In this document: positions 49,671 to 58,103 of the stretch, piece by piece
Layout: the number at the start of each line of letters is the position of its first letter
How positions within the stretch are numbered: position 1 is the first letter of the stretch
DNA from: an uncultured Desulfobacterales bacterium
GTDB lineage: Bacteria; Desulfobacterota; Desulfobacteria; Desulfobacterales; JAFDDL01
Reading direction: 5' to 3'
Assembly: GCA_964407825.1 (NCBI GenBank)
Contig: CAYOXD010000003.1
Span: 8,308-70,264 of the forward strand
DNA length: 61,957 nt
The notes under the pieces: model-generated
The model's database searches: none
The model's input: the letters and a program-made list of their open reading frames with translations, nothing else
Told to the model about the DNA's origin: nothing
Position numbers and translations under genes: made by a program

Positions 49671-49775
49671 GGCCAGGCAGGCAATTCTCGGAAAATGATC
49701 CGGAAAGCGGCCAGGGGACATCCCCTGCCCCGCCCCGAGCAGCTCGCTGGATGCTGTTCACCAGGAATGGCCGCA

Positions 49776-50000
49776 TCAGAGGGCCAACCCGGCCCGCGGC
49801 CTGCCGTGGGCCGGCTGAAATATCCGCAGGGTTTCGATATAAATCTCCCTGGCGCTGGCCTCATCGCCTTCGTAACGCAGCTGGGAGCCGTTGACATGGA
49901 AGCTAACACCGCAGTCGTATTTCCTGGCGACGCTGTTGAGAAGTTTGCGTAATATCCTTATGTTCAAATCTTTTTTGTTTATGGCGATCATGAGTCTCAT
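49776..50000 (-). CDS. Small hypothetical protein
   Basis: 74 aa protein-like sequence with AGGAG upstream and a sigma54-like promoter; start may be 49991. Confidence 0.55.
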   Translation of the reverse strand: MRLMIAINKKDLNIRILRKLLNSVARKYDCGVSFHVNGSQLRYEGDEASAREIYIETLRIFQPAHGRPRAGLAL

Positions 50001-50075
50001 GCTCCTATGTTTCAGAGGGGTAAGGTGCTTCGGACGAGGCTTTCGCCATCGTCAACATTCCTATAACAGCAAACA

Positions 50076-50092
50076 TGCGATATACGTGCCAG
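50076..50092 (-). promoter_or_regulatory. Sigma54 (-24/-12) promoter
   Basis: Minus strand CTGGCACGTATATCGCA = GG-N10-GC, one mismatch to YTGGCACG-N4-TTGCW. Confidence 0.62.
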
Positions 50093-50309
50093 CATCTAAC
50101 TAATCTCCTATCAACCTTATATTTATTAAATTTTGGTTATTTCCCCGGAAGTTCCAAATCAACTATTTTGTCATTTCTATAACATTATTGTCATAGTCGG
50201 ATCCCGACACCCGGCAAAATCCCAATTGCCATATCCCGCCCCATTTGATATGGCAAATTGGGGCATCCAGTTGAAAGATCTAATCAAATGCGGCCGTGGA
50301 GCATCTTCT

Positions 50310-53006
50310 ATGGCAAAACCAGGCAGAAAAAAGCGCAAAACAAAACGAAAAAGCCAATGGGAGCAACTTGCGCGTCTGCCGTTTTCCCAAATCGCCCGGC
50401 AGGGAAAGGCCCATTTGCAGGCGGGGGAATTCAAGGAGGCGATCCCCTTTCTGAACGCGGCGCTGAGTAAGAATCAAGACACCGATGGGCTTCGCCCTTT
50501 TCTATTCCGGGCCTATTTGAAGAGATCCGCCCAGCTTCGGGAGAAGGCCATGGTGAAGGAAGCCGGGCTCATGCTCGCCAATGCCGAGAAATGGCTTCCT
50601 GCTTCCACCAACATGGCCGAGGAGGATCTGGTCGAATATCTATCCTTCGGACCGGTCGAGAAGAGCGCGGCGCTTTGCCATGCGTATTTAAAGACGCACG
50701 ACGGGGTCAGCCCCCGGCTGGAGAGGGCCCTTGCGGGGCTGCTGGTGCAGAGTGAGAGGTGGGACTTGCTCGATCCCCTGCCGACGGATTCCCCCCTTCT
50801 AGCGCATGCCCCGGTTGTGCGGAAGGCGCTTGTGCGCATGAACCGGGGAGACTGGGAAGGCGCACTGGAAGCACTCAAGGGCATTCCCAGGGCCTCTGCC
50901 TTTTTTCCGCTTCGCGCATTTTCCATGGCCATGACCCGTTTCTTTAAGGAGGACGAGGCGGGCCTGCATCGGGCACTATCCATGATCCCAAGGGAATTCC
51001 CCCTCTTCCCCCTCGCCCAAGCCCTGCGCATTGCACCCGAAAGCCTCACCTGCCTCTGGGAATACCCGCCCTTTTCGACCAGGGACTTGGAGGCTCTCTT
51101 GACCCACGTCAGGTGCCAGGAGATCGAGCCGGCGGCATTCCTCGTAAAGAGAATGGCCCTGGCCGTCCTGCCGGAGAATCCCCGGGCCGCGATGATGGAA
51201 ATCATTCAGTACCTGCGCGCAGTCGCCGGAGAGCATCGCCGCGGGGACGCCCTCATTATCGGGCTGATCCATCGGCTGCTGCCCGGCGCCGAGGGGACGC
51301 TTCTTCAGGCCAAGATAAATTTTTACCGGTTCGAAAACGGCATTGTCGATGCTGCCCGGTATCTTCAAGTGCTTGACACGGAGTTCCCGGTCCAACGCGA
51401 GTGGAACCAGGCCGCATCCCAGGTCCTCATCTTCACCGTCCTGAGGATCATCAGCGAGGGGACAGAGATTCCAGCCCTGGACCGAATGTCCGCCCCTCTT
51501 CTGCGGCTGCTGGGAATCCAGTCGAGCAATCAGGAGCTCCTGTTGATCGAGATGCTGTCACAGGCTGTGACGCTGGATCCCCGCAACGAATCAGCCTACC
51601 GGCTGATTTCTCAACTGCCGAGACCCTCCCGGGAGGCCAAACGCCTGGTGGAAGACGCCCTGGAGCAGATGGCGGTCGAATTCCCCGAAGATCCTTATCC
51701 GTGTCTGGCCCTGTCCCAGCTCCAGCATGAGAAGAACGCCTTTCGGAAGGCGGAAGCCATTCTTGAGGAGGCCAAACGCCGCGCGCCCCATGATGCCAGA
51801 ATCATCGATGCCTATGTGATTTGTTTACTGATATCGGCGCAAAAGCGCGTCTGCGGGAACAAGCCGCACCTGGCCCTTGAGGATTTTGAAAAGGCGCAAT
51901 CACTCTGCCAAAGCAGGATGCTGCCGCTTGTCACGGCCAAACGCCTTCTGTTCAACTACGACGTTCCCGGCCAAGCGTCGCTTTTCGGCCCTCACGTTAT
52001 CCGCAGCCCCCAGCAGTGGCGGGAGGCCGTAGCGGCCGCCGTTGAAAGGCTGACGCCATTTCAGCGCCTGAATACCCTTGGAATGATAGCCCTGGACATG
52101 GAAGGGGCAAAGCTCCCCGGAACCCGCGGTTTTTCAAAGAAGTTGAAATTGTTGTTAATGAATGCCAGTGTCGATATCCCCATGCTTACCTCCAGGGAGA
52201 TTCGAACCCTGCTGACCCCCCTCGACGAAACACTGTATCGGCTGATGCCCTGCCTTGAACGGGCCGGCGTATACCTGAAGCATTTTCCTGGCATGCTCCA
52301 GGGCGTCAATCACGCGGATATCGTCGCTGTTCTCGATGCCATGATCGCCGAAAATCTTCTCAAAGCGGCCAGGAATGAAATTCAGAGGCGTCTGAGGACG
52401 GCCGCTGACCGTTCCACTGTGCTCCTGGAGTTTTATTTGCTCGCGGTTAAGCACTTGGATGGACGCACCGGCAGCGGCCGAACAGAGTTCCAGGCCCTCC
52501 TCGACCGGGCGGATCAGGGGGAGCGGGAACAGATACGGGCAGCCGCGAGGAGAATTTCCCAGCATGCATCCGACCCTTTAAAGACCGCGCTTACCACCCT
52601 CGATTTCCAATATCTTGATCCGCAGTCCGCGGCTTTCCCCGAATTTGATGTCCTGACCATGGACGAGGATGAGAATTGGGGTGAGGACAAGGATTTCTGG
52701 ATTGACGAGGAGATGCCACTGGCTGGTTTGCCGGATATGCTGGATCAGATCCCCTTCGATATGGACCTGCTTGAGGGTGACTTCCCCGGAATGCTGAACG
52801 ACCAGTTGGCCGATATGGTGGAAAACGCCGTTGACGAACTCGACCTGCGCGGTGCCCCCATCGGATTCATTCGTGAAATGCGGGAGGAGATGAAGCGGCA
52901 AACTACTGGCCCCTGGGTGTTCGACCTGATCGCCAAACTGCTCGATGCGCAAAACGCCCAAGAGCTCTCCCGGGAGTCCTGGGAGTTTCTGTACGGAAAG
53001 GACTGA
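50310..53006 (+). CDS. Large TPR-like helical repeat protein with acidic C-terminal region
   Basis: About 898 aa, helical; TPR-like segments (GEFKEAIPFLNAAL, AVTLDPRNESAY, FPEDPYP, KRRAPHD). Basic N-terminus, D/E-rich tail. Confidence 0.72.
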   Translation: MAKPGRKKRKTKRKSQWEQLARLPFSQIARQGKAHLQAGEFKEAIPFLNAALSKNQDTDGLRPFLFRAYLKRSAQLREKAMVKEAGLMLANAEKWLPASTNMAEEDLVEYLSFGPVEKSAALCHAYLKTHDGVSPRLERALAGLLVQSERWDLLDPLPTDSPLLAHAPVVRKALVRMNRGDWEGALEALKGIPRASAFFPLRAFSMAMTRFFKEDEAGLHRALSMIPREFPLFPLAQALRIAPESLTCLWEYPPFSTRDLEALLTHVRCQEIEPAAFLVKRMALAVLPENPRAAMMEIIQYLRAVAGEHRRGDALIIGLIHRLLPGAEGTLLQAKINFYRFENGIVDAARYLQVLDTEFPVQREWNQAASQVLIFTVLRIISEGTEIPALDRMSAPLLRLLGIQSSNQELLLIEMLSQAVTLDPRNESAYRLISQLPRPSREAKRLVEDALEQMAVEFPEDPYPCLALSQLQHEKNAFRKAEAILEEAKRRAPHDARIIDAYVICLLISAQKRVCGNKPHLALEDFEKAQSLCQSRMLPLVTAKRLLFNYDVPGQASLFGPHVIRSPQQWREAVAAAVERLTPFQRLNTLGMIALDMEGAKLPGTRGFSKKLKLLLMNASVDIPMLTSREIRTLLTPLDETLYRLMPCLERAGVYLKHFPGMLQGVNHADIVAVLDAMIAENLLKAARNEIQRRLRTAADRSTVLLEFYLLAVKHLDGRTGSGRTEFQALLDRADQGEREQIRAAARRISQHASDPLKTALTTLDFQYLDPQSAAFPEFDVLTMDEDENWGEDKDFWIDEEMPLAGLPDMLDQIPFDMDLLEGDFPGMLNDQLADMVENAVDELDLRGAPIGFIREMREEMKRQTTGPWVFDLIAKLLDAQNAQELSRESWEFLYGKD

Positions 53007-53011
53007 ATAGG

Positions 53012-53317
53012 ATGCTGCAATATTACCTGGCCCTAGAAATCTCGCCGCACGCCTCGGACGAGGAGATCCGAAAGCAGTATCTGGCGCTGATCAGGCAACA
53101 TCCGCCTGAACGGGATCCGATTCGTTTCCAAGAAATTTCAACCGCCTATGAAAAACTGAAGGATGAGATGACCCGGATTCGGACCCGGGTATTGGACCCC
53201 TATGAGGCCAACGACCCGGAAAAAGCAATGGCGGAGCTGATTCGGGCTTCCGGACCCGCCAAGGTGCGCGTGGGGTTAAAAACCCTGATGGCTTTGCTGG
53301 CCGCCAGGAAGGGATAG
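53012..53317 (+). CDS. Small J-domain protein
   Basis: YYLALEISPHASDEEIRKQYLALIRQHPPE..P.RFQEI.TAYEKL, a J-domain pattern with HPP in place of HPD. Confidence 0.82.
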   Translation: MLQYYLALEISPHASDEEIRKQYLALIRQHPPERDPIRFQEISTAYEKLKDEMTRIRTRVLDPYEANDPEKAMAELIRASGPAKVRVGLKTLMALLAARKG

Positions 53318-53386
53318 ATAGCCGCCCCCCCCTTTCCCGGCCTTTGGGCCCGGGAGCGGTGCCGTTTATAGCAGAAAGGATGGAAT

Positions 53387-54262
53387 TTGAATCTGGATCG
53401 ATTGAGCGAGAGGATGAATTCCGCTGCCCAGTGGATGAAATCCGGCCTTCGATGGCTCAACCAGCACCTCTACAGGCCTTTTCTGACTTTTCTTGCCCTT
53501 TATCTGTGCAAAAAGGCGAACCTGAGGTTGGCCATGGACGATTCCCATGACATCTCGACAGAAGAGCCCCCCGCTGAAACGCCGTTGGAAACGCAGATCC
53601 AGCCCCAGGAGGTGGACTGGAAGCAAAAGGCTTTTCGCGATTTCAGCCGATGGCTGCAGGAGATTCCGGACCAGATGCCCGGCCCCGATGAACCCGCCAT
53701 GGAGTCCTGCGATCTATACACCCTGTTAACCGAGTTTGTCGCCCTGCGCCAGGAAATCAAATTCCAGAACAGGGAACAGCACAGCGCCGTTCGCATCCAG
53801 CAGGGGCTCATCGATAGCCACAAGGAAATCATGGGACTTTTCAAGGACAGGACCCGGCAGCTGGAGAAGCTTGAGGAAAACATCCGACGGGCTAGCGAGC
53901 GGAAAATCATCACCCCCTTTCTGGATATCCGCGACGCACTGAACCGCGGCCTCCGGTTCGCTCGCCAAATCGCCTTGAAACGGGGACTTTTCAGACGCCC
54001 CCAAAGAACCGTCCACAGCGTGGTGGAGGGCTATGAGATGGCGCTCAGGCGCTTTGACCGCGCCCTGTTACATGCCGGTATCCGTCCCGTGGATGCCATT
54101 GGAAAGCCATTCGACCCCCTCACCATGGAGGCGGTCGAGGAACGCTTTGAACGGGGCACACCGGCCGGTCAGGTTTTGGACATGTACCTTTGCGGGTTTG
54201 TATGCGACAATGAGGTCATTCGAACCGCCCAGGTGGCTGTCAGCACAGCAAAGACATCCTGA
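53387..54262 (+). CDS. grpE: GrpE-like nucleotide exchange factor with N-terminal extension
   Basis: Coiled coil, FLDIRDAL.R, VEGYEM..RR, GKPFDPLTMEAV, G.V...Y..GF...IRTAQV.V. Start may be 53534. Confidence 0.82.
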   Translation: MNLDRLSERMNSAAQWMKSGLRWLNQHLYRPFLTFLALYLCKKANLRLAMDDSHDISTEEPPAETPLETQIQPQEVDWKQKAFRDFSRWLQEIPDQMPGPDEPAMESCDLYTLLTEFVALRQEIKFQNREQHSAVRIQQGLIDSHKEIMGLFKDRTRQLEKLEENIRRASERKIITPFLDIRDALNRGLRFARQIALKRGLFRRPQRTVHSVVEGYEMALRRFDRALLHAGIRPVDAIGKPFDPLTMEAVEERFERGTPAGQVLDMYLCGFVCDNEVIRTAQVAVSTAKTS

Positions 54263-54380
54263 TCCGGCTGCACCGGAATTGTTGTTCAGTACCAAGGGAT
54301 GTAAACCTTATTACCAACGTTCAGGCCGAAGCATGTCTATTTCAGATAGAGGGCCTAATGGAGCAGAGGGAGGCAAACGA

Positions 54381-56129
54381 ATGGACCCCATCGTCGGCAT
54401 CGACCTGGGAACCACCAACAGTGAGGTCACTTTTATCTGGGATGGCCAGGTAAAGGTGATCTGTGAAAATGACAACGGAATCGTCCCCTCTTGCGTGGGC
54501 ATGACCGAGGAGGGCGGCATCGTCACGGGCCGAGCGGCCCGGAATCAGGCCCTCACCGCTCCAGATCGAACTGTTCTGTCCATCAAACGCCAGATGGGTG
54601 AGAATGAGAAAATCCTTATGGGAGGGGACACCTTCCTGCCCCAGGAGATTTCCGCTCTTATCCTCAAGGACCTGAAGCAGCGGGCCGAGCGGGAAATCGG
54701 TCTCCCGGTCAATCGGGCCGTCATTACCGTACCGGCCTATTTTACCGATACCCAGCGACAGGCTACCCGGGAAGCAGGGCAGATCGCCGGACTGGAGGTG
54801 GTTCGCATCATCAATGAACCCACAGCCGCCGCCCTGGCCTATGAACCCGCCTCTTCAGATCGGCATCACATACTGGTCTACGATCTTGGGGGCGGCACCT
54901 TCGATGTCTCCATCGTTCGGATCGAAGAGGGGGTTGTGGAGGTTCTTGCCAGCACGGGGGACAACCAACTGGGAGGCGATGATTTCGACCGAAGGATCGT
55001 TTCCCGTCTACTGGCGCACATGGAAAACGAGCTTCACCTTAAGCTGGAGGATACCCCTCGGTTGAAGGTTCGCCTGAAGCATGCCGCCGAGAGGGCCAAG
55101 ATGGAACTCTCCGCGAATCCCTTTGCCATCATCGAGGAGGACCATATTGCCAAGAGGGGATTTCAGGACGTCCACCTCTCACTGGAACTTTCCAGGGACG
55201 AGTTCGAGGAGATGATAGAGGCGGACCTGACCCATACCATGGACCTGGTGAACCGGGCCCTCAAGGATGCTCAAATGCTGCCCATGGCCATCGACAAGAT
55301 CATTTTGGCGGGCGGCTCCACCCGCATACCGATGGTCTCCGAGATGTTGGAGGCGAAATTCAAGAAAAAACCCTTAGGACACATCGATCCAGACCTCTGC
55401 GTCGCCATGGGAGCCGGCATTCAGGCGGCCAGGGAAATGGGGGTGGAAACAACAGGCGTGCTGGTGGACATCACCCCTTACACCTTCGGGACATCGGCCC
55501 TGGGCTATATCAACGGCACTCCCAGTGAAACCATGTTCGTGCCGGTGATCAACCGCAATACCCGGTTACCGGCAAAGCGCAGCGATGTGTTTTATACGGT
55601 GGCCGACAACCAGGAGGCAGTGGATGTACGGGTGTATCAGGGCGAGGCCCCGGATGCAGAGGACAATCTGCTCCTCGGACACTACATCTTCAAGCTCACC
55701 CCGGCCCCTGCGGGTAGCGACATCATCATGCAATTCGATCTTGACCTGAATGGGATCTTGAAGGTCAGGGCGGTGGAAAAAAATACCGGCAAATCCATTG
55801 ACGCCACCATCGAAAACGCCATCTCCCGCTTTTCCGAGGCCACGCTCCAGGAAACCCGGGAACGGATCGGCCACCTGTGGGGAGGCGAATCCGGCGTCCA
55901 AGGCGATAGTGACGCGGCAGGGGGGAATTCCGGCCTGGCCATGCCCGACGATCTGGCCGATATCCTCCATCGGGGTCAGGAACGCCTGGAAGAGGCCAAC
56001 CCGGAGGACCAGGAGGAGATGATCAACCTCATGGAGGAAATCCGCGATGCGGTCAAGGAGGGACGTCTGAGGGACGCCCAAAACTTCAAGGACGAGCTTG
56101 ACGACATCCTGTTTTACCTGGAAGTATAA
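54381..56129 (+). CDS. Hsp70 family chaperone (non-housekeeping paralogue, HscC-like)
   Basis: GIDLGTTNS, TVPAYF, RIINEPTAAALAY, YDLGGGTFDVS, LGGDDFD, LAGGSTRIP and VYQGE. Confidence 0.93.
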   Translation: MDPIVGIDLGTTNSEVTFIWDGQVKVICENDNGIVPSCVGMTEEGGIVTGRAARNQALTAPDRTVLSIKRQMGENEKILMGGDTFLPQEISALILKDLKQRAEREIGLPVNRAVITVPAYFTDTQRQATREAGQIAGLEVVRIINEPTAAALAYEPASSDRHHILVYDLGGGTFDVSIVRIEEGVVEVLASTGDNQLGGDDFDRRIVSRLLAHMENELHLKLEDTPRLKVRLKHAAERAKMELSANPFAIIEEDHIAKRGFQDVHLSLELSRDEFEEMIEADLTHTMDLVNRALKDAQMLPMAIDKIILAGGSTRIPMVSEMLEAKFKKKPLGHIDPDLCVAMGAGIQAAREMGVETTGVLVDITPYTFGTSALGYINGTPSETMFVPVINRNTRLPAKRSDVFYTVADNQEAVDVRVYQGEAPDAEDNLLLGHYIFKLTPAPAGSDIIMQFDLDLNGILKVRAVEKNTGKSIDATIENAISRFSEATLQETRERIGHLWGGESGVQGDSDAAGGNSGLAMPDDLADILHRGQERLEEANPEDQEEMINLMEEIRDAVKEGRLRDAQNFKDELDDILFYLEV

Positions 56130-56136
56130 GCGACCT

Positions 56137-56490
56137 ATGGAAACCTGCCCTATCTGTGCCGTCCGTATCCAGGGGCTGTCCGTGTGCCGGCGCTGCGGCG
56201 CTGACTGGACGCGGGTCGTGGCGGTCCTTGCAGATGCCCGGGAGCATCTCCGATCGGCCCGTGAGGCCTATATGGACAACGAGGCCGACGCGATGCTGCT
56301 TCATGCTAAGCGCGCCTACTCAAAGCGGCGCTCCCGTGCCGCACGGCGCCTGCTGGCCAGTGCCGCGGCGCTTAACCGAGACTTTGAACTGGCCCTGAGG
56401 ATATGGCGCCTGGACCGGCAGGACCCGACAGGGAACACACAACAGTCCGAACCTGAAGACAGGTCGAACCATCAGGCTTCGAAAGGATAA
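56137..56490 (+). CDS. Zinc-ribbon + TPR-like small protein
   Basis: CPIC...CRRC, then A-rich TPR-like helices. Starts 7 nt after the Hsp70 stop. Confidence 0.65.
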   Translation: METCPICAVRIQGLSVCRRCGADWTRVVAVLADAREHLRSAREAYMDNEADAMLLHAKRAYSKRRSRAARRLLASAAALNRDFELALRIWRLDRQDPTGNTQQSEPEDRSNHQASKG

Positions 56491-56532
56491 GGGCTCCACC
56501 ATTTACATTCAATGCGGAACAAGGAGGTCGGT

Positions 56533-57351
56533 ATGAAACGCTCTTTACAACTTGCTCCATGGTGCTATATCCTGCTATGTCTGGTCTTCGTGCTCGGTTG
56601 CGGGCATTCTTTTTCCAAGGATGAACTCAAGACCGTGGAAGGAACCATGATCGAAGGCGGCGCCATGGGATTCCGCCTGCGGGCTGACGACGGCAGGCTG
56701 CTGCTCTTTGCCGCCAATCGCAGCGCCGAGTATCGGCCGCGGAATCTCTGTGCGCTCCATGGCGACCGGCTTGCCGTCACATATGGAATGGTGCCCACGT
56801 CGGACGGGGTCAAGTTCATTGCCACGGAGGTTCGCCTGCTCAAGCACAGCAAAGACTGGGGGAATCTAAAGAGCCCGGTGACCGGCATCATCATGGAGAA
56901 GGGATTCGGTACCCGGCTTCGGGTCAGGCTGGACGATCTGCGTCTGGATCTGGTCGTTCGCCGATCCCCGACGGCCACCCGGTACGCCGAGAACGGTGGA
57001 AAGCCATACGCTGTAGGCGATCGGGTGAGGCTGTTTTTGAAGGAAGAGCCATTCCACTTCATGCGGAAAACCTTTTACACAAAGATCCAAATGGTGGAAA
57101 AGGGGCCGTTGCCGCTGACCAATTCCCATGAAACGGGAACCGTTTCCGAGGTGTCAGCCGGCAGTTTTGTCCTTGCATTGGACGATGGTACCATCCGCCG
57201 GTTTTACCGGGGTACCGTCACCCGTTATTTTAATGAGCGGTACCAACGGGCCATGGCCAAGGGGGACAAGGTGCGCATTCAGTACTTCAATCTGCTGATG
57301 GGGGATCGTTCCGTGCACCCGGTCGCATCCTTTATTGAAAAAATAGGATAG
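56533..57351 (+). CDS. Lipoprotein with three tandem OB-like beta repeats
   Basis: AAGGAGG RBS, lipobox VLGC, and three similar ~60-70 aa units (G.....L..DD(G)...Y...GD.V). Confidence 0.72.
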   Translation: MKRSLQLAPWCYILLCLVFVLGCGHSFSKDELKTVEGTMIEGGAMGFRLRADDGRLLLFAANRSAEYRPRNLCALHGDRLAVTYGMVPTSDGVKFIATEVRLLKHSKDWGNLKSPVTGIIMEKGFGTRLRVRLDDLRLDLVVRRSPTATRYAENGGKPYAVGDRVRLFLKEEPFHFMRKTFYTKIQMVEKGPLPLTNSHETGTVSEVSAGSFVLALDDGTIRRFYRGTVTRYFNERYQRAMAKGDKVRIQYFNLLMGDRSVHPVASFIEKIG

Positions 57352-57482
57352 GATATCTGAAATCTTCGGATCGAAATCGGGATGGCTATCCAAATCGATG
57401 GCATCATTCGATCCCGATTCCGATATTGAATCGCAAGAGACAACCTCTGGGTTAGAATCGACAAGATAGGGGAGGTAACGAA

Positions 57483-58100
57483 ATGAAGCCAATCAAATGG
57501 ATGGGGGGAATGTGGTTTCTGCTGCTGTTGTCCCTGGTGCTGATAGGTGCATGCAAAAGTGGTGGACAGGTGAAGGCGGACCCGGGAACGGATGCGTCCA
57601 TGGTGTACCTGAAAAACAACATCCACGTGTATGGGCAGGCCAGCCGCAGGGGTGAAATGGTCTACCGGGCCAGCTACGCCAACTATGTGGCCCCGGGGCC
57701 GGGACACGAAATAATTCCGGTGAATACCCGGGTCAGCCTGCGGCTCCACAGGAGTTTCCGGGGGGCAGAAATCCTGATCACCACCGCCGCCGGCAAGGTG
57801 ATTCATTTCGAATACAACGTCAGGAATATGGGAATGTCCCCGACGGATTATTTTTCCCTGATTTCGTCCCCTCATAAAACGTCCCTGAGCGGGTTCTCCG
57901 CCCTGGACAGGAAGGGGATCGACCAGGGCAAGGCCTTTGTGGGAATGACAAAGGATGCGGTTCGTATCGCCCTGGGCTACCCGGCGGTTCACAGAACCCC
58001 GTCCCTTGACAGCAACACCTGGTATTACTGGCGTGATAGGTGGCGGCCGCCCATGGCCGTTATTTTCAACAAGGCCGGCCGGGTGGCGGAGATCCGTTAG
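57483..58100 (+). CDS. Lipoprotein with C-terminal SmpA/BamE-like domain
   Basis: GGAGG RBS, lipobox IGAC and GMTKDAVRIALGYP...TWYYW. Confidence 0.72.
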   Translation: MKPIKWMGGMWFLLLLSLVLIGACKSGGQVKADPGTDASMVYLKNNIHVYGQASRRGEMVYRASYANYVAPGPGHEIIPVNTRVSLRLHRSFRGAEILITTAAGKVIHFEYNVRNMGMSPTDYFSLISSPHKTSLSGFSALDRKGIDQGKAFVGMTKDAVRIALGYPAVHRTPSLDSNTWYYWRDRWRPPMAVIFNKAGRVAEIR

Positions 58101-58103
58101 GCG

